Shown: piece after piece, positions 52,091-64,000 of the stretch
Numbering within the stretch: the first letter of the stretch is position 1
Layout of the letters: every line of letters starts with the position of its first letter
NCBI RefSeq assembly: GCF_009914755.1
Contig: NC_060931.1
DNA: 64,000 bases
Source of the DNA: the human T2T-CHM13v2.0 reference genome, Homo sapiens
Strand: one strand, 5' to 3'
Notes under the pieces: model-generated
Seen by the model: only the letters and a program-made list of their open reading frames with translations
Database searches by the model: none
What the model was told of the DNA's origin: nothing
Translations under genes and position numbers: made by a program

Positions 52091-53655
52091 TTAAAGAAAA
52101 TTTCTCTTTGAGCCTTGAAAAGTCAACAGGAGCCATCAAAAAACATTTTTCTTAAAAGGGAGAGAATGCCATTGAATGACACTACAAAATTACAAAATAT
52201 GTTCCATTGTATATGTATAGGTAAACAATTAACTTTTAATAGGTATACTGTTAATGGGGGCAATAATAAACACTATGCTGATAAAGAAGATAAAGGTCTT
52301 ATGTACAACTCAAGAACGTCTATAATCTGTAAAGATTTTAGCTTTTCTCTCATCCCAAACTCACAATCCCCTTATTACATAATTATTTATACAGGATTTA
52401 TAAAGAGAAATCAAAGAGTTAAGGGATCACAAAATTAGTAATTTGCCTTAATCATTATTAGAAAACACGTGCTTACTATACATTTATTGATTGTACTTTT
52501 TTAAACTTAAGTTACATCTTTGCATCTATTCAATATAATAATTCTAGCATGCTTACTTATTCAAATATAATTTATTTCCAGTCTGGGAAATAATTTTTCA
52601 AAAGCGATTAGTTTAAAAGATTTTTGTAGTATTAGCTTTCTGATAAAAGCTTTGAGAATTTCCCAGAGCAATCTGAATTTATCGAGCTGCTTTTCAGCAA
52701 AAAGGTGTTTAATTAGGTTGTCTCACACTTCTCTAAACCTGAAAACCTAATCACCACCTTATAACTCAAAGAACACAAAGGCAAGTTGCTTTGACAATTA
52801 CCCCGTGTAAAATCTTTGGTTTTTCCTTCTACTCATTCCTAACTTCTATCAGGAAGAACTTTGACTTTACAAATGTTTTATATATTTTTAAATCAAAGGA
52901 AAAGTTAAAGAAAAAAATCAAAGTCATAACATGAATAAATAATTTCCTTCCTCTCTTGTTAGAGGCATACGTGTGTATGTGTTCATATAATCAACTGCAA
53001 GTATAAACAGACGTTTGAAAGCAGCAAATCAAAAACCATGAATAAAGTAAATCAAAAAAAGAGAAAAAGTGAATTATTTTATTAATGAATATATTTCAAA
53101 GAAATAGGCTGTAACATACAAGCTTAATGAGATACGCTTTTCTCTCAATGAGGTTTCATATTCATCTTAGAAATACAAAGAATGATTATTATCATCTATT
53201 GTGAGTGTAAGCACTCTATCATGCAAAGAAATCTCACCACATACTGTGGAAAACTTCTTAAAGTTGTATTTTCACAAATTCATGCATCTAAAAAAATGTT
53301 TGACTCTTCTCTATCCCTCTTTACCTTACTCTGTACTATCAGATACATAACTTTAGGCATGAAAATACAGTTCCTGCCCTCAAGAACTTTCAAATTTAAT
53401 GTAAAGAAACAGAAAATGAAAAAAAAAACCTAAATAGAATGACTTTGTGTCCAAAAGTCATTTCATATTCAGTAAGATTCCAAACAAGAAAACAAGGTGG
53501 ATATGACATAAAATCACTTAGTGCTGAATGCCAAGCATTGTATTAGGTAATTTCACAATAACTCTATTAATAGGTATTACTATCACCATACTAAATGCTT
53601 AGAAACTCATTCAGAACAGGCCCCAAGTTATCTAGTTAACAAAAAACAGGGGAAA

Positions 53656-53703
53656 TATATATATATATATGTCTATATGTCTGTGTGTGTGTGTATGTGT
53701 GTT

Positions 53704-53742
<39 letters not shown>
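53656..53742. repeat. (TA)n/(TG)n compound microsatellite
   Basis: Seen directly; a (CA)n run also lies at ~54037-54058. Confidence 0.9.
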
Positions 53743-53745
<3 letters not shown>

Positions 53746-56379
53746 AATATAGAGACAGGTAAAAAGAATCAAGGGTCAATCCTTGAGAAATATCTGTGTA
53801 TAAAGTAGAAAGATCAACAGAATCAGTGAAGAAAACAGAAATTAAGAATTCAAGATGTGTAAGTATTAAATGAACTCTCTTTGACTGAGCCAACTGCCTG
53901 GCAGATAATCCTATGTCTTCTATGCAATACTCTCTGTTGATTCTATGTAGATTTTCAAATGCTATTAACCTGAGCAGCTGTTCCTTTTTTTTTTTTTCCT
54001 GAAACATCTAACTTTTCTTCTGTAACTCTAACTAAACACACACACACACACACAAACACTATACATTTGATCTCCGTACTTTGAGATTGCTCCAGAATAT
54101 ATTATTATCTTGCATAGTACCATCTACCTTGACTTGTACAGAAAATATTAGATGGTTAATGATATTTTAGTCATAATTTCTTTAAAACAAAAAGTTATTT
54201 TATGAAGGTCGTCTTGAAAGCATCAGTTAAACTGGAACTAGATCCCATTTGTTCTAATTCCCAGTCCCCTTTGTCTGATGCTTCTTCTGCTAAAATACAT
54301 TGGTAAGTGATGTGCTGTTCTCAAGGGGTCGTACAAGGATTTAGCCGAAGCTTTATAGTTAGCTTTGGAATGAGAATTGCACTTTACCCGGGCTTCAACC
54401 CCTCATAATTCAAGTAAATAGGCCAAACAGGTACGATAAATAATTAAATACTATTAATGTTAGACACAGTTTGAAATTTTTCTGAAGTTACTTTGAACAA
54501 TGCACATTTACAGATTACCTACTTCTTAAAATTACTAATGGCAACATCACAATAAAAAATTAATAGCTTCTATCATGTGTGTCCAAAATAGTCCCGGGCA
54601 AACTGACAAATATCTGGGATATTTTAGCAGTTTTTGGAATTAACAATAATTGCTATCATTGTAGTTTGCCAAATCTTTTGAGATGCGTGGGTTTGTGGAA
54701 ATATATTTAAGTCTAAAAAGATTAAGCGTGAACCAAAATGAAATGTCTCATTTTTTAAGTAGATTTAAAAATAATTAAATGAAACATTTATTACACTTGA
54801 GCACACCATAATCTATGGAAATGCATACTATATTGAAGTGAGTACAAAAAAGTTAAGGCATTGCATTTTATGGTTAGATTTTTCCGAATCACTTTTACAA
54901 TGTTTCGCAGGTTTGCTGAAATTTATCTTCCCCCCAACAAGCGAAATTCAGTATTTGAAGAGTAGGCATTATTGAAAACAAATTTGTTTAACATAGTAGC
55001 CAGTTACATACTTGATATGTTTTGTGTTTGTCTTGATTAGCTGCTTTACAACCTGAAAATTCATTTTGTGGTGCTGAATAAAATCAAAGAACGTATTTAC
55101 TTACAAATAATGGCTTTCAAAACATTCCCTTTATCTATTATGCATATTTTATCAACTTTATGTCATATTTTTAAAAGCATCATATCTGTATAATTGCTTT
55201 CATGGTGCACTGGAATCCCACTATAATAATTTTGGCATCAAAATTATAAGGCTACATTGTTGTTCTGGTAACGAATCTCCTTAAAGGAAGTAGTTTGTGT
55301 TGAATTAAATTTCTAAAGCTAAATGACTTTATTAGAGTAAGATTTCAAAGTAGCTGCTAAAAGCTGTGTGTATTTCTACATGAGTTGGCATGAGCCAGTG
55401 ACAGAGTGTGAATCATTCTCCCATCAGCTGCTCCGTAGGGCTGGGTTATCAATTATCATAAGCAACCTCCAGTTGGTAGTCAAGCTATGGCTCAAGAGCT
55501 CCGGTGACTGTCTCAACCCCACCCTTGAAGATAACAAACCTCATTTTGCTTTGTGCCAAAAATGACAAACTCCTGCATGTTCATGCAGGGATAGCAAAAT
55601 ATGTCCTTATTTCTTATGCTGGAATGGCAAAAAACAAAACAAAAAAGTTTCTTCTCTTAATGATTTGTGTGTATGCTGGAGTATGCATATGTAAATACCA
55701 AGCAAGAGTTGAAGTAGTTACATAGTGGATCTCACATCCACTTTTCTTTATATCTTCACTTTTTTTAATGAATAATAGCTATTAAACTAAAGTCCAAGCT
55801 GAAACATTCTAAGTTTTAATGAGAAGAGAGGGCAAACAATACTCTATTATGTTTTCATTTGACATTTATATATATTATGATATATTTTAATGAAAAATTA
55901 ATTTTGAAAACATCTTCAGATTTGGGGAAAGGGCAGCAGTAACAACAATGTCTGGCAAAGGTCAGATCAGGGAGAAGAGATAACAGTAAAATTATCTGTG
56001 AGGAAGAACTGGAAAACCTACGATAAGAAATAACTCTCAAGTGTATTCTAGAATGAAGTAAGAGTCTGTGAAAATACTTGATAATGAAAGGTAAGCAGTA
56101 TTGTACTTTCACATCTATCCAGCACAAGAATGGGGGGCGGGGGAGATAGAGACAGAGACTGAGATTCCAAGTAGTCATATGAAGATAATCGTAATAGGCA
56201 CAGACAGCACTTTAAGTTGCACTCTTTTATCTTTTACAGAAAATGTTTCATGTGCAATTCTGTTTCTCTTTCTAGTGACATATACTTAAAGTATCTTTTC
56301 AGATTTATATTTTATCTCAATTCAATGATTCCATTACCAATTAATTTTTGTTTACAAAATTATTTAACCTATACTCTGT

Positions 56380-56700
56380 TAATGACACTGCAATTAGTAC
56401 CAGGGATACAGATTTAAAAGAGAGTCCCTAGATTATAGAACAGTCTCATAAGGGAAATAGATGAGACCATCACTATCTGGGTTGATGCGTGATGGGATGG
56501 AAGTGAGTGGTGTGCCGTAGAACACATAAGGTAACACTTCATGTAAAATGGGGTGGGATATGGTATTAGGGAAGGTTCCATTGAAAAGGTGATTCCAAAT
56601 AAAGATTCAGGAATCACCTTTGGTGATGAAGGAAGGAGGTCCAAAGTATATTGATACAGCACAGATTGGAGATTGGAGGGATAGTGGTGAAAGATGAGGG
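56380..56700 (-). mobile_element. L2 fragment
   Basis: GGGATACAGAT...AGAGTCCCTAG...GGTATTAGGGAAGGTTCCATTGAAAAGGTGA. Boundaries approximate. Confidence 0.55.
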
Positions 56701-57539
56701 TAGTTAAATAGGAAACAAATATTCTGTTTAAAGATCGTGCTTACTATTAGAACTGGATTTTTGTTTTTAGGTCTGTAGAATATTGTAGGGACAAATAAAT
56801 TGCCTTTCTTCTTTGCCAGGTGAAATCTCCTGTCTCTAACCCAACATGTTATCTCTCCCAGAGTCTATAATTTCCTAATCAATTTCATGTATTTAAAAAA
56901 AAAAAAACCCTCTGGCCTAACAAAATCTCTACCAAATTGAAACCTTTCAACCCTTTCACAGCTTGGCCTGGCTCACCCTGAGAAGTTCACAGAATAATCT
57001 GCACCACAGAGTCATAGCTCTGTGACTACCATCCCACACTTTTGCAACTCTTAATGACTGGATCAGAGGAGGGAGGATAGATAATGGCAGAAAGGGTCTT
57101 AACTCAGCTGCAGAGAGTTACACTTTGCAGTGGGTGGGTGTAGAGAAATTCTAGTGCTGACTGTCTCCTGGAAAGCTTTTGCAGTTCTGCAGAAATTCCC
57201 ACTTTGGGGTTATCTAAATGTAGTCACTGAGCAATTGTGATTCCTTCCCCAGCTACTCAGTGAGCCTGTCCATAAAATCTGGATTCTACTAATTTACAAC
57301 CACCTCTTTTGGTTGGAGACATCTTGATCCCCCTACCCACAGCCAACCAACTATCCTCTTTGCTTTTTATTACATAGCTTCAAAGTAGAAGATTAGCTAA
57401 GGTTAGAACTAGATTTTGGAACCATTTTGCAAGTCCATATACATGGTCTAATAACTCTCTTTAAAGTAAGGATGTTTGGCATTCATAACCACTAGCTTTG
57501 GGGCCTAGCCAAAATTTCCAGACAGGAAGAGTGCCATGT

Positions 57540-58200
57540 TAACAACCAGTTTACTACACTATGAGGTTTGGATTTTGTCATAAAGACAATGCTAGAAGAA
57601 TTCTATGGGGGATGTTTGAAAAGGCAGACTAGCTGGACACACCTGAGGTGGGGATTCCTGTTGGATAGCTACTGCATTGCTACAGTAGGGAGAAAACGAC
57701 AGGATCACAGATCTAACTAGTGCCATTAGGAATGGTGCTGTGGAAAAAGATTCAAGAAATACTAAGGAAGGAGAATTGAGATGATTTAGGCTTGGAGCTT
57801 GTTGTTTTAGTTGGTCTGTTTGTAGATTTGTTTGCCTTAGAGGAAGCACAAGAGAAAACAGGGACAGTTGATGGAGGGGAGCAAAGTCATTAGAGAGTAA
57901 GGAAAAAGACTGAAATAACAAGAGAAGATTGTTAGACTTGAACAAAATAGACTCCGATTTATATTTGTCAGAAATAAGAGAGATAGATAAAGACGATTCA
58001 GGATGAGAATAGTCTGGGCAAAGAAACTGAGGTAGTTCTCATCTGGTACATTTTTTTTTTTTATATATGTGAATAGAGGATGGTTGCCTTAAAATGAAAG
58101 AGGATATGGTAGAGTGGGAGAAAAGTAATACAAATTTGAAATAATACACTTCTTTGGGGAATTGAGCAAGGGAATTATCTAAGAATAAATAGATTTTACA
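57540..58200 (-). mobile_element. L2 fragments
   Basis: GAGGTTTGGATTTTGTCATAAAGACAATG, GCTACTGCATTGCTACAGTAGGGAGA, GATTCAAGAAATACTAAGGAAGGAGAATTGA. Boundaries approximate. Confidence 0.5.
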
Positions 58201-59349
58201 CTCTTCAATTTTCTGAGGAAAAGTATCCTTTTCTCATGTAATTTTTTTAAAGTCAAAGTACTGAATAATAAGAATCAGTGAAAAATTGTGGCTAGTTTAA
58301 GCATGTTGCTATCAAATAAATGCCTTAATTGTTTTGACACAGAGAAGAAAATGTGTCTCCAAGGTTACATCGTTGGATATGAAAATTTATAGAAAAATTA
58401 ATCTTTACTAAAGATTACTTAATTAGGAACATTGTTATTGTGACAGAATATATTATATAAGAGTATTCAGAAACAAAACCTAAGGTTTAAGGAAAATTTA
58501 TGAGATGAATAGGAACAGGAAATTTTACATTTCACCCTATCAGCGGTTCTCTGAATAATACATCTGATGTTTTAAGCACTCCAGAATACATTTCCAAAAT
58601 AAACTGATTTTTCTAATTCAAGATTATTAGAAATGTTTAAAATCATGTATGTGCTACAACTTTGTAACTATAAATCATAACATAAATGTAAGGCATTATA
58701 CCACAAAAACTAGAATTGACAGGCATATAATTTTCTAGTATATGGGGCTGAGAAATGAATTACAAATGGTCTTTTTGTTGTATGGTAGAAATCACTTTTA
58801 ATGCAGTGTGATGTGTCACAAGCACTAAAGAAATAACAAGGCTTTGATAATCCTGGTCATTCTCCATAAATTCTGTTGTTACGTGGCATGTGCCTCAGGG
58901 ACGACACAGACAAGTTACCAGTTTTCGGAAGAATTAAACATTCAGCTACAATTACTTTTAACATAATATGCATGAAAATAACATTTCCAAGAAGAAAATT
59001 AAGCATATATTTTCTCCTTCTAATGTCTTTTTTAAACTATACAAACACACACACACACACTACCATGTGTTTTAATTATATCTTATCTTGCTATCCCATC
59101 AGTTATATTTATGGGAAATGTGCATATATATGACATTATGCACACACACACACATATGTCTACCTGGAATAAAGGCAAAATATATGCAACACATTTTCCA
59201 CATTGAAAAATACTTGTATTAAATGTCAGGATCTTTCCTGAATTCCAGGTACAGAGAGAGGAATCCCAGTCCCTGACTTGAATGAGCTCATGGTCCCAGG
59301 AGAATGCCATTCATTTCTATACCCCCAGTATAAAACAAAAACAACAATA

Positions 59350-59660
59350 AATAGATGTTATTTGCTGTAAACCAGGCACTGTGCTCAGCACTCTACAGAC
59401 ATAATATTTGATCAGCACAACAATCCTATCAGTAGGTGCTATTAAGGCCCATATTTTACAAATGAGGAAACTTAGTTAAAAACCTAGAGAAGCAGTAGGA
59501 TGGGAGGAATAAGTTACTGGAGCACAAAGTACTATGCTCCTATTTTGGCTTGGCTAGAATTAATCTGTGCTGAGTCTGGGCAAATTCTTTCCCCTCTCTC
59601 TGAGTCTCATTATTTACCACCTGCAAAATGGACTCATGGAGCCTTGTGAGCTACAGGGCT
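59350..59660. mobile_element. Two back-to-back MIR fragments (minus ~59350-59480, plus ~59490-59660)
   Basis: CCAGGCACTGTGCTCAGCACT...CCCATATTTTACAAATGAGGAAACT, then CTGGGCAAATT...CTCTCTGAGTCTCATT...CTGCAAAATGG. Confidence 0.7.
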
Positions 59661-59666
59661 CGAAGG

Positions 59667-59820
59667 CAGTGATTTCTTTGCTGCATGTTAGAAAGACTAA
59701 GAGAGTTTCCAAATATTAACATCGTGATACCATGCTGGGATCCCACATCACTTAATTCAGAATGTCTGAGGGTAGAAGTCAGGCACCAGTTTTTACGCAG
59801 CACTTTTAATGGACCTAGGT
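59667..59820. mobile_element. MER5-like hAT fragment
   Basis: CAGTGATTTCT...GCTGCATGTTAGAA...AATTCAGAATGTCTGAGGGTAGAAGTCAGGCA. Confidence 0.45.
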
Positions 59821-60887
59821 TGCTATCTAACTTGGTTTAAGAATAGGAAAACAAGTGGGCCCCTTCTATTTTACATTCAAACACAAAGAGATATCTGGAA
59901 CTTTTTTTTTTTTTTTTAAGTGGATACCCTTGCTTTCTGGAATTCCCATCAAAGAAAGCAAAGGGCTTATGGATAGGAAACCTAATAAAACCTTAATCCT
60001 CTACTCTATTAATACTATGCTGCTCCAGTTAAAGCGAGAGTTTGTGACCTTCCTTTTTATTAAAAACTAATGTGACACAGTTTTTGCAGGTTTGAATTAC
60101 CCATAAGTATATACACCCCATCGTTAAGACATTTTGGCTTTGTGAAGAGTTTCACTTAATGCTCCATATTGGGGTTATAATTGTGTATTCTCATTTTCTC
60201 ACATTTACAAGGAAGAATTTGGATTTCCCCTGCCTCTGTCTTTATGGAATAGCCAAGATGCTGACACCTTTCCTCCCAGACACTTATGATTCTAGTTTAT
60301 AGCTGTAATAATCACAGGCATTGTGTCTCTTGTAATATCCACTTGTTCAAAGAGTAAAGTTTTATTTACATACTTTTATTTTCACATATTTACTTTGCTT
60401 TCACTGGCCTGTATTTACCTATTAATTTATTTGCATTACTGGGTTAATTACATATTGACGATTCTATGTGTGTTCAGTTTGTGAGCATAATCTTAATATT
60501 TGTTGTGTTACAAAGGCTCACAATAAGAGCAGAAAAAGATATATTTTAGAAATATTAATGAAAAGAAAATGCCTTAGTGGATTTTATTACAACGAATGTT
60601 AACTATTATAGTAATTCAATTTGTTTCATCATAAATGAACACAGATTTGGGGGCTCCAAAACACGTAAAAAATGTTTTGCAGTAATTCATCTTAAAAGCT
60701 TTTATTCTTTAATAAACTATGCTGGCTTTGTGGGAGAACTTTATATGAGTTATTTCAGTATACAGAAACAAAGATTCTAATTGCTTCTGAACACTTCATC
60801 TTTAACCCTATTTACATTAGCAGAGAGAAATTAGAAATTGATTAACTTTTTTCAGCCAAAAAATATCTTCAAATTGAGTTTTCTTCT

Positions 60888-61300
60888 TTGGCAGTTTCTT
60901 ATGAAGTTATACATATTCTCACTTATAATCTAGCAATTCTACTCATAGATATATAACCTCCTCATTCCAGCAAAGTAAAAGCATATGTCCATAAAAAGAG
61001 ACATACAGGAGAAGTTTCACTGCTATTTATAATACCAAAAAAATGAGAAACATGAATGTACATCATTACGAGAATGGATAAACAAATTGTAGTATATTCA
61101 TATTATGGACTACTACTCATCAATAAAAAAGAAGAAATTCTTGCCACACACAAAACACACAAATGAATCTCAAAAGTATGATGCATTGTGAAAGAAGACA
61201 GATACAAAAGGAATACATACTGCATGGTTCCATTTTATGAAGTACAAGAATAGGAAAAACACACCTATAGGACAGAAATTGGAATAGCATTTTCCTGGGT
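60888..61300 (+). mobile_element. L1ME/L1MB 3' fragment
   Basis: CTAGCAATTCTACTC, GAATGGATAAACAAATTGTAGTATATTCATA, ATGAATCTCAAAAGTATGATGC, AATACATACTGCATGGTTCCATTT. Confidence 0.85.
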
Positions 61301-62764
61301 TGGAGATAAACTATAATTTTTCCCTTGATACACAAAAATCTCTAAATATGTATGCAAACACACATATACGTATGTATAACAAAGCCTGCAGCAAAATATG
61401 GTATAGAAATTATTGATATCTGTTTAATACTCTTAGCGACTCAAGTAGAATATATTGTTTAGCAAAAAAGCAAGGTTATCCAACAGAATTTTTAGTGTAA
61501 ATAAATATATCACATATATAAATATATAACATTCACATACATATTTATAAAATGTATACTCATGCATCATAATATTAATTGAAATATACCTGTGAATAAA
61601 ATAATGAGATCTTTTTATTTTGGGTTTTAAAGCATTCTCTATTGTCTTTTCAGTAATACGCATATATTTTTACTTAAAAAGGATATTTCTATCTTAAAAA
61701 AGAATAAATATAGCAATTGAATTTAGCCTTATTAATTACTTTCTTCTCTCTAATGAAGAAGGAACATGAATTCTGCAAATTAGTTGTATGTTTTTGAATT
61801 TATACCATGGTACTCTTTTTTTGTGTTTTCTGTTCATTTATTTCTTGAAATTTTTTATAATCCTTTACTTTGATCCTTCAATATTTTACTCTTTTTGTCA
61901 AGTTGCTATTTTGTGAACACACCCTATTTACAAGCTCTTCCATGATTCTGGACAGAACTCAGGCCTAAAAAAGATTCTAAACACCAAATATGCAAAAAGC
62001 ACATTCCAGGAGAAATGATATGTGTGAAACCATAGAGTGATTTAGAAATGTGAAGCTGTTTAACATATCTAACTGAAGCCAATTACACAAGAAAGGCAAT
62101 GAGATATGCAGCTTTTGAGACAAGCAATCTTATGACTGGAGAACGATAAGGCATGCGTGTGCATATATGTTATGCATGGGTAACAGAACTGTGCACTTTA
62201 TAAAGGGTTCCTAATAAAACAGAGTTTTAAAATAATCTCAAAGTGTATATGTTTATTGATTATTCAAGTATATCTACTGTTAGGTGACTCTATTCATTTC
62301 TAGTACCTCTTGTTCATTTGCTCAACAAATAATAGATGTGATACCACTAGATACCAGGTAGGGTATTGGAAGAGGTGTTTGTGACAGCAGTAGCTCGACA
62401 GATCTTATTTGCACTAAGGAAAAGACATAGCAAGCAAGCCTGTGTGCTAAGCACAACCAAGGAGAAGTTGAGGGTGTTAGAAAAGGAAGGTTAATGATTT
62501 AAGGAAAGAGAAGTGCTCACTAGTGACACTGAAATCTCAGAATTTCAGTAAGGATGTATCACATATAATCTGCTTTTGGTTCTCATGCATCTAGTCACAT
62601 TTTTTTAATCACTTTAGAATGTGTACCTAGTATCACTTACAAAAATACTTCAAACAATACATTAGGTGTCTGGATAATTTGGCCAGCATCATGGGCTCAC
62701 AAAGACCACTTAGCAAATACACTGGATTATCAAAAACGACACTAAGTGTTGGACAATGTTGGTG

Positions 62765-63206
62765 ACTGCACAATGTTGATTATTCAGGTCCCCTTTACAT
62801 GCCCAGGTGCACTCTTCCCCCAGGTGCAGTGTTAGCTGCAAACAGTTTACAGCTGCCCCTTCTCTAAAGAATGACCCTCAGCTGAACAGAGGCTCCTCAG
62901 AGGTTTTGCTACCCTTCGCTAGTCCCCACCTCTTCTCCCTGGGGCCTACAGCCAATGATGGATTCTAGCAGGAATACAAAAGGCTAACCCCTAACCATCA
63001 CTGATGTGAGACTGATTTTGTAGTGCAGTTCATGCTAACCATTCCTCATGGGATCAGGCTGAAAGGAGTGTTCTGGCTGAAAGCTTGTTCTTGCTTAGCT
63101 CTTTCTCTGGCTTCCCACATTCCCTTACCTGTTCTTCCCGAGTACCCTCTGAACAAACAAGAAATTCAATTTCAGGCTCTGCTTCTAGGAGGCCTGGACT
63201 AAGACA
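62765..63206 (+). mobile_element. ERVL LTR (LTR16A-like)
   Basis: CAGCTGCCCCTTCTCT...ACAGCCAATGA...CATGGGATCAGGCTGA...TCAGGCTCTGCTTCTAGGAGGCCTGGACTAAGACA. Start approximate. Confidence 0.7.
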
Positions 63207-63218
63207 ATGATACTGTCC

Positions 63219-63588
63219 TGTAAGGAAAACGGATGGGCCACGGTCAAGAACAGGCTGAGGCAGACATCTGATCCAGCAAGACACAGCAAGTTTGGAGTGC
63301 GGGCACACAATTCCACTCATTATATAACCAAGCCAGGTGAGGTGCATTAGGTGATCACCCATGTGAGTTCGTACTTGGCTTGGAGCCACTATTGTATGTA
63401 CAAGGTATAACTACCCTGCTGACGCTGTACATACGGCTTGCACCCAGGCGCGTACCCATGACTTGCTGGCGCCCAGAGAAAGAGTAAAGCCATGTCGAAA
63501 TTCCCTACGATTCCTCAAGTGTTCTTTCAGCTGCCCACCACTCGTTCACCCACTCCCCTCGGTCCTCAGCTTGGGCTGGAACCTGACA
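63219..63588 (+). mobile_element. 5' LTR of a HERV-S/HERVL18 provirus (LTR18A-like, 370 bp)
   Basis: TGTAAGGAAAA...GGAACCTGACA ends; TATAA at 63406, AGTAAA at 63483; immediately followed by a primer-binding site. Confidence 0.85.
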
Positions 63589-63590
63589 CT

Positions 63591-63608
63591 TGGTATAGCC
63601 AGCAGGAT
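63591..63608 (+). promoter_or_regulatory. Retroviral primer-binding site (PBS) complementary to tRNA-Ser
   Basis: TGGTATAGCCAGCAGGAT versus TGGCGTAGTCGGCAGGAT (complement of the tRNA-Ser 3' end): 14/18, all transitions and mostly CpG decay; 2 nt after the LTR CA. Confidence 0.8.
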
Positions 63609-63653
63609 ACTGAGGAGAGTGAGCCTTTGGTCCCCACTGATTCTGAGTCAGCC

Positions 63654-64000
63654 ATGCAGCTGAAACATTGGTTGTGGTGGCCGGTGGCAGCTTACTGCTC
63701 GGATGGGATCCAGTGGAAACCTGGGCGGCAGTAGATGGGTCCCCCGTGAGGATGGAGAAGGCGCTGAAACAGCTGAAGTACAGAGCACCAAGAAGGAATA
63801 AGCCTTTGCTGGCAGAGTTGGATGTGCATTTTTGACCGCGGTACAAGAAGTACACACTCAGCCCCTGAGGGATGCAGCGGAGGTAAGGGCACTCCAGGTG
63901 CTGGTGGGGCACCTGGAGGCCTGGCTACAGAACTTGGAAAAGGTATTAGAGGTTGCTGTGAATGCAGGCCTGGGTCCGTTGTCTCAGTCGGAGACCCCAT
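63654..64000 (+). pseudogene. Decayed ERV gag N-terminus (HERV-S/HERVL18 internal region), runs off the window
   Basis: Joining across two frameshifts gives MQLKHWLWWPVAA/LLLGWDPVETWAAVDGSPVRMEKALKQL/EVQSTKKE*AFAGRVGCAFLTAVQEVHTQPLRDAAEVRALQVLVGHLEAWLQNLEKVLEVAV..., a Trp-rich start followed by a coiled-coil-like segment as in class III ERV Gag; contains one stop codon. Confidence 0.7.

Noticed and set aside
53682-54058. (TG)n and (CA)n runs ~300 bp apart that could pair
   Set aside because: Common microsatellites; the CA run is short and no unique sequence is inverted.
63463-64000. Several overlapping ORFs at the right edge as a possible intact retroviral or host gene
   Set aside because: GC-rich ERV sequence; the real gag frame is broken by two frameshifts and a stop, and the minus-strand ORFs are its antisense shadows.

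Overview
AT-rich, CpG-poor primate (most likely human) genomic DNA, almost entirely intronic. The only coding sequence I can support is a 60-bp minus-strand exon at 31796-31855, bounded by canonical ttcAG/GTaag splice sites and encoding [21 protein letters not shown] recognise this from memory as residues ~99-118 of the voltage-gated calcium channel subunit alpha2delta-1 (CACNA2D1, probably exon 4); the neighbouring exons are not in the window. The rest is an ordinary mammalian repeat landscape: 11 Alus, several L1/L2/MIR fragments, MER5/MER53/Tigger-type DNA transposons, several MaLR/ERV LTRs and, at the right edge, the 5' LTR, tRNA-Ser primer-binding site and decayed gag start of a HERV-S/HERVL18 (LTR18A-like) provirus. 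All ORFs in the supplied track look spurious. I do not see a new multi-gene system. The most unusual signals are structural or mutational scars: a cluster of AT-rich fold-back palindromes (6.4-7.8 kb, 19.2 kb, 40.4 kb), a ~130-bp locally templated copy pasted into an MLT1 LTR, a tail-less AluY with intact target-site duplications, and long purine-only tracts. Repeat subfamily names come from recalled consensus sequences and need RepeatMasker/Dfam confirmation.
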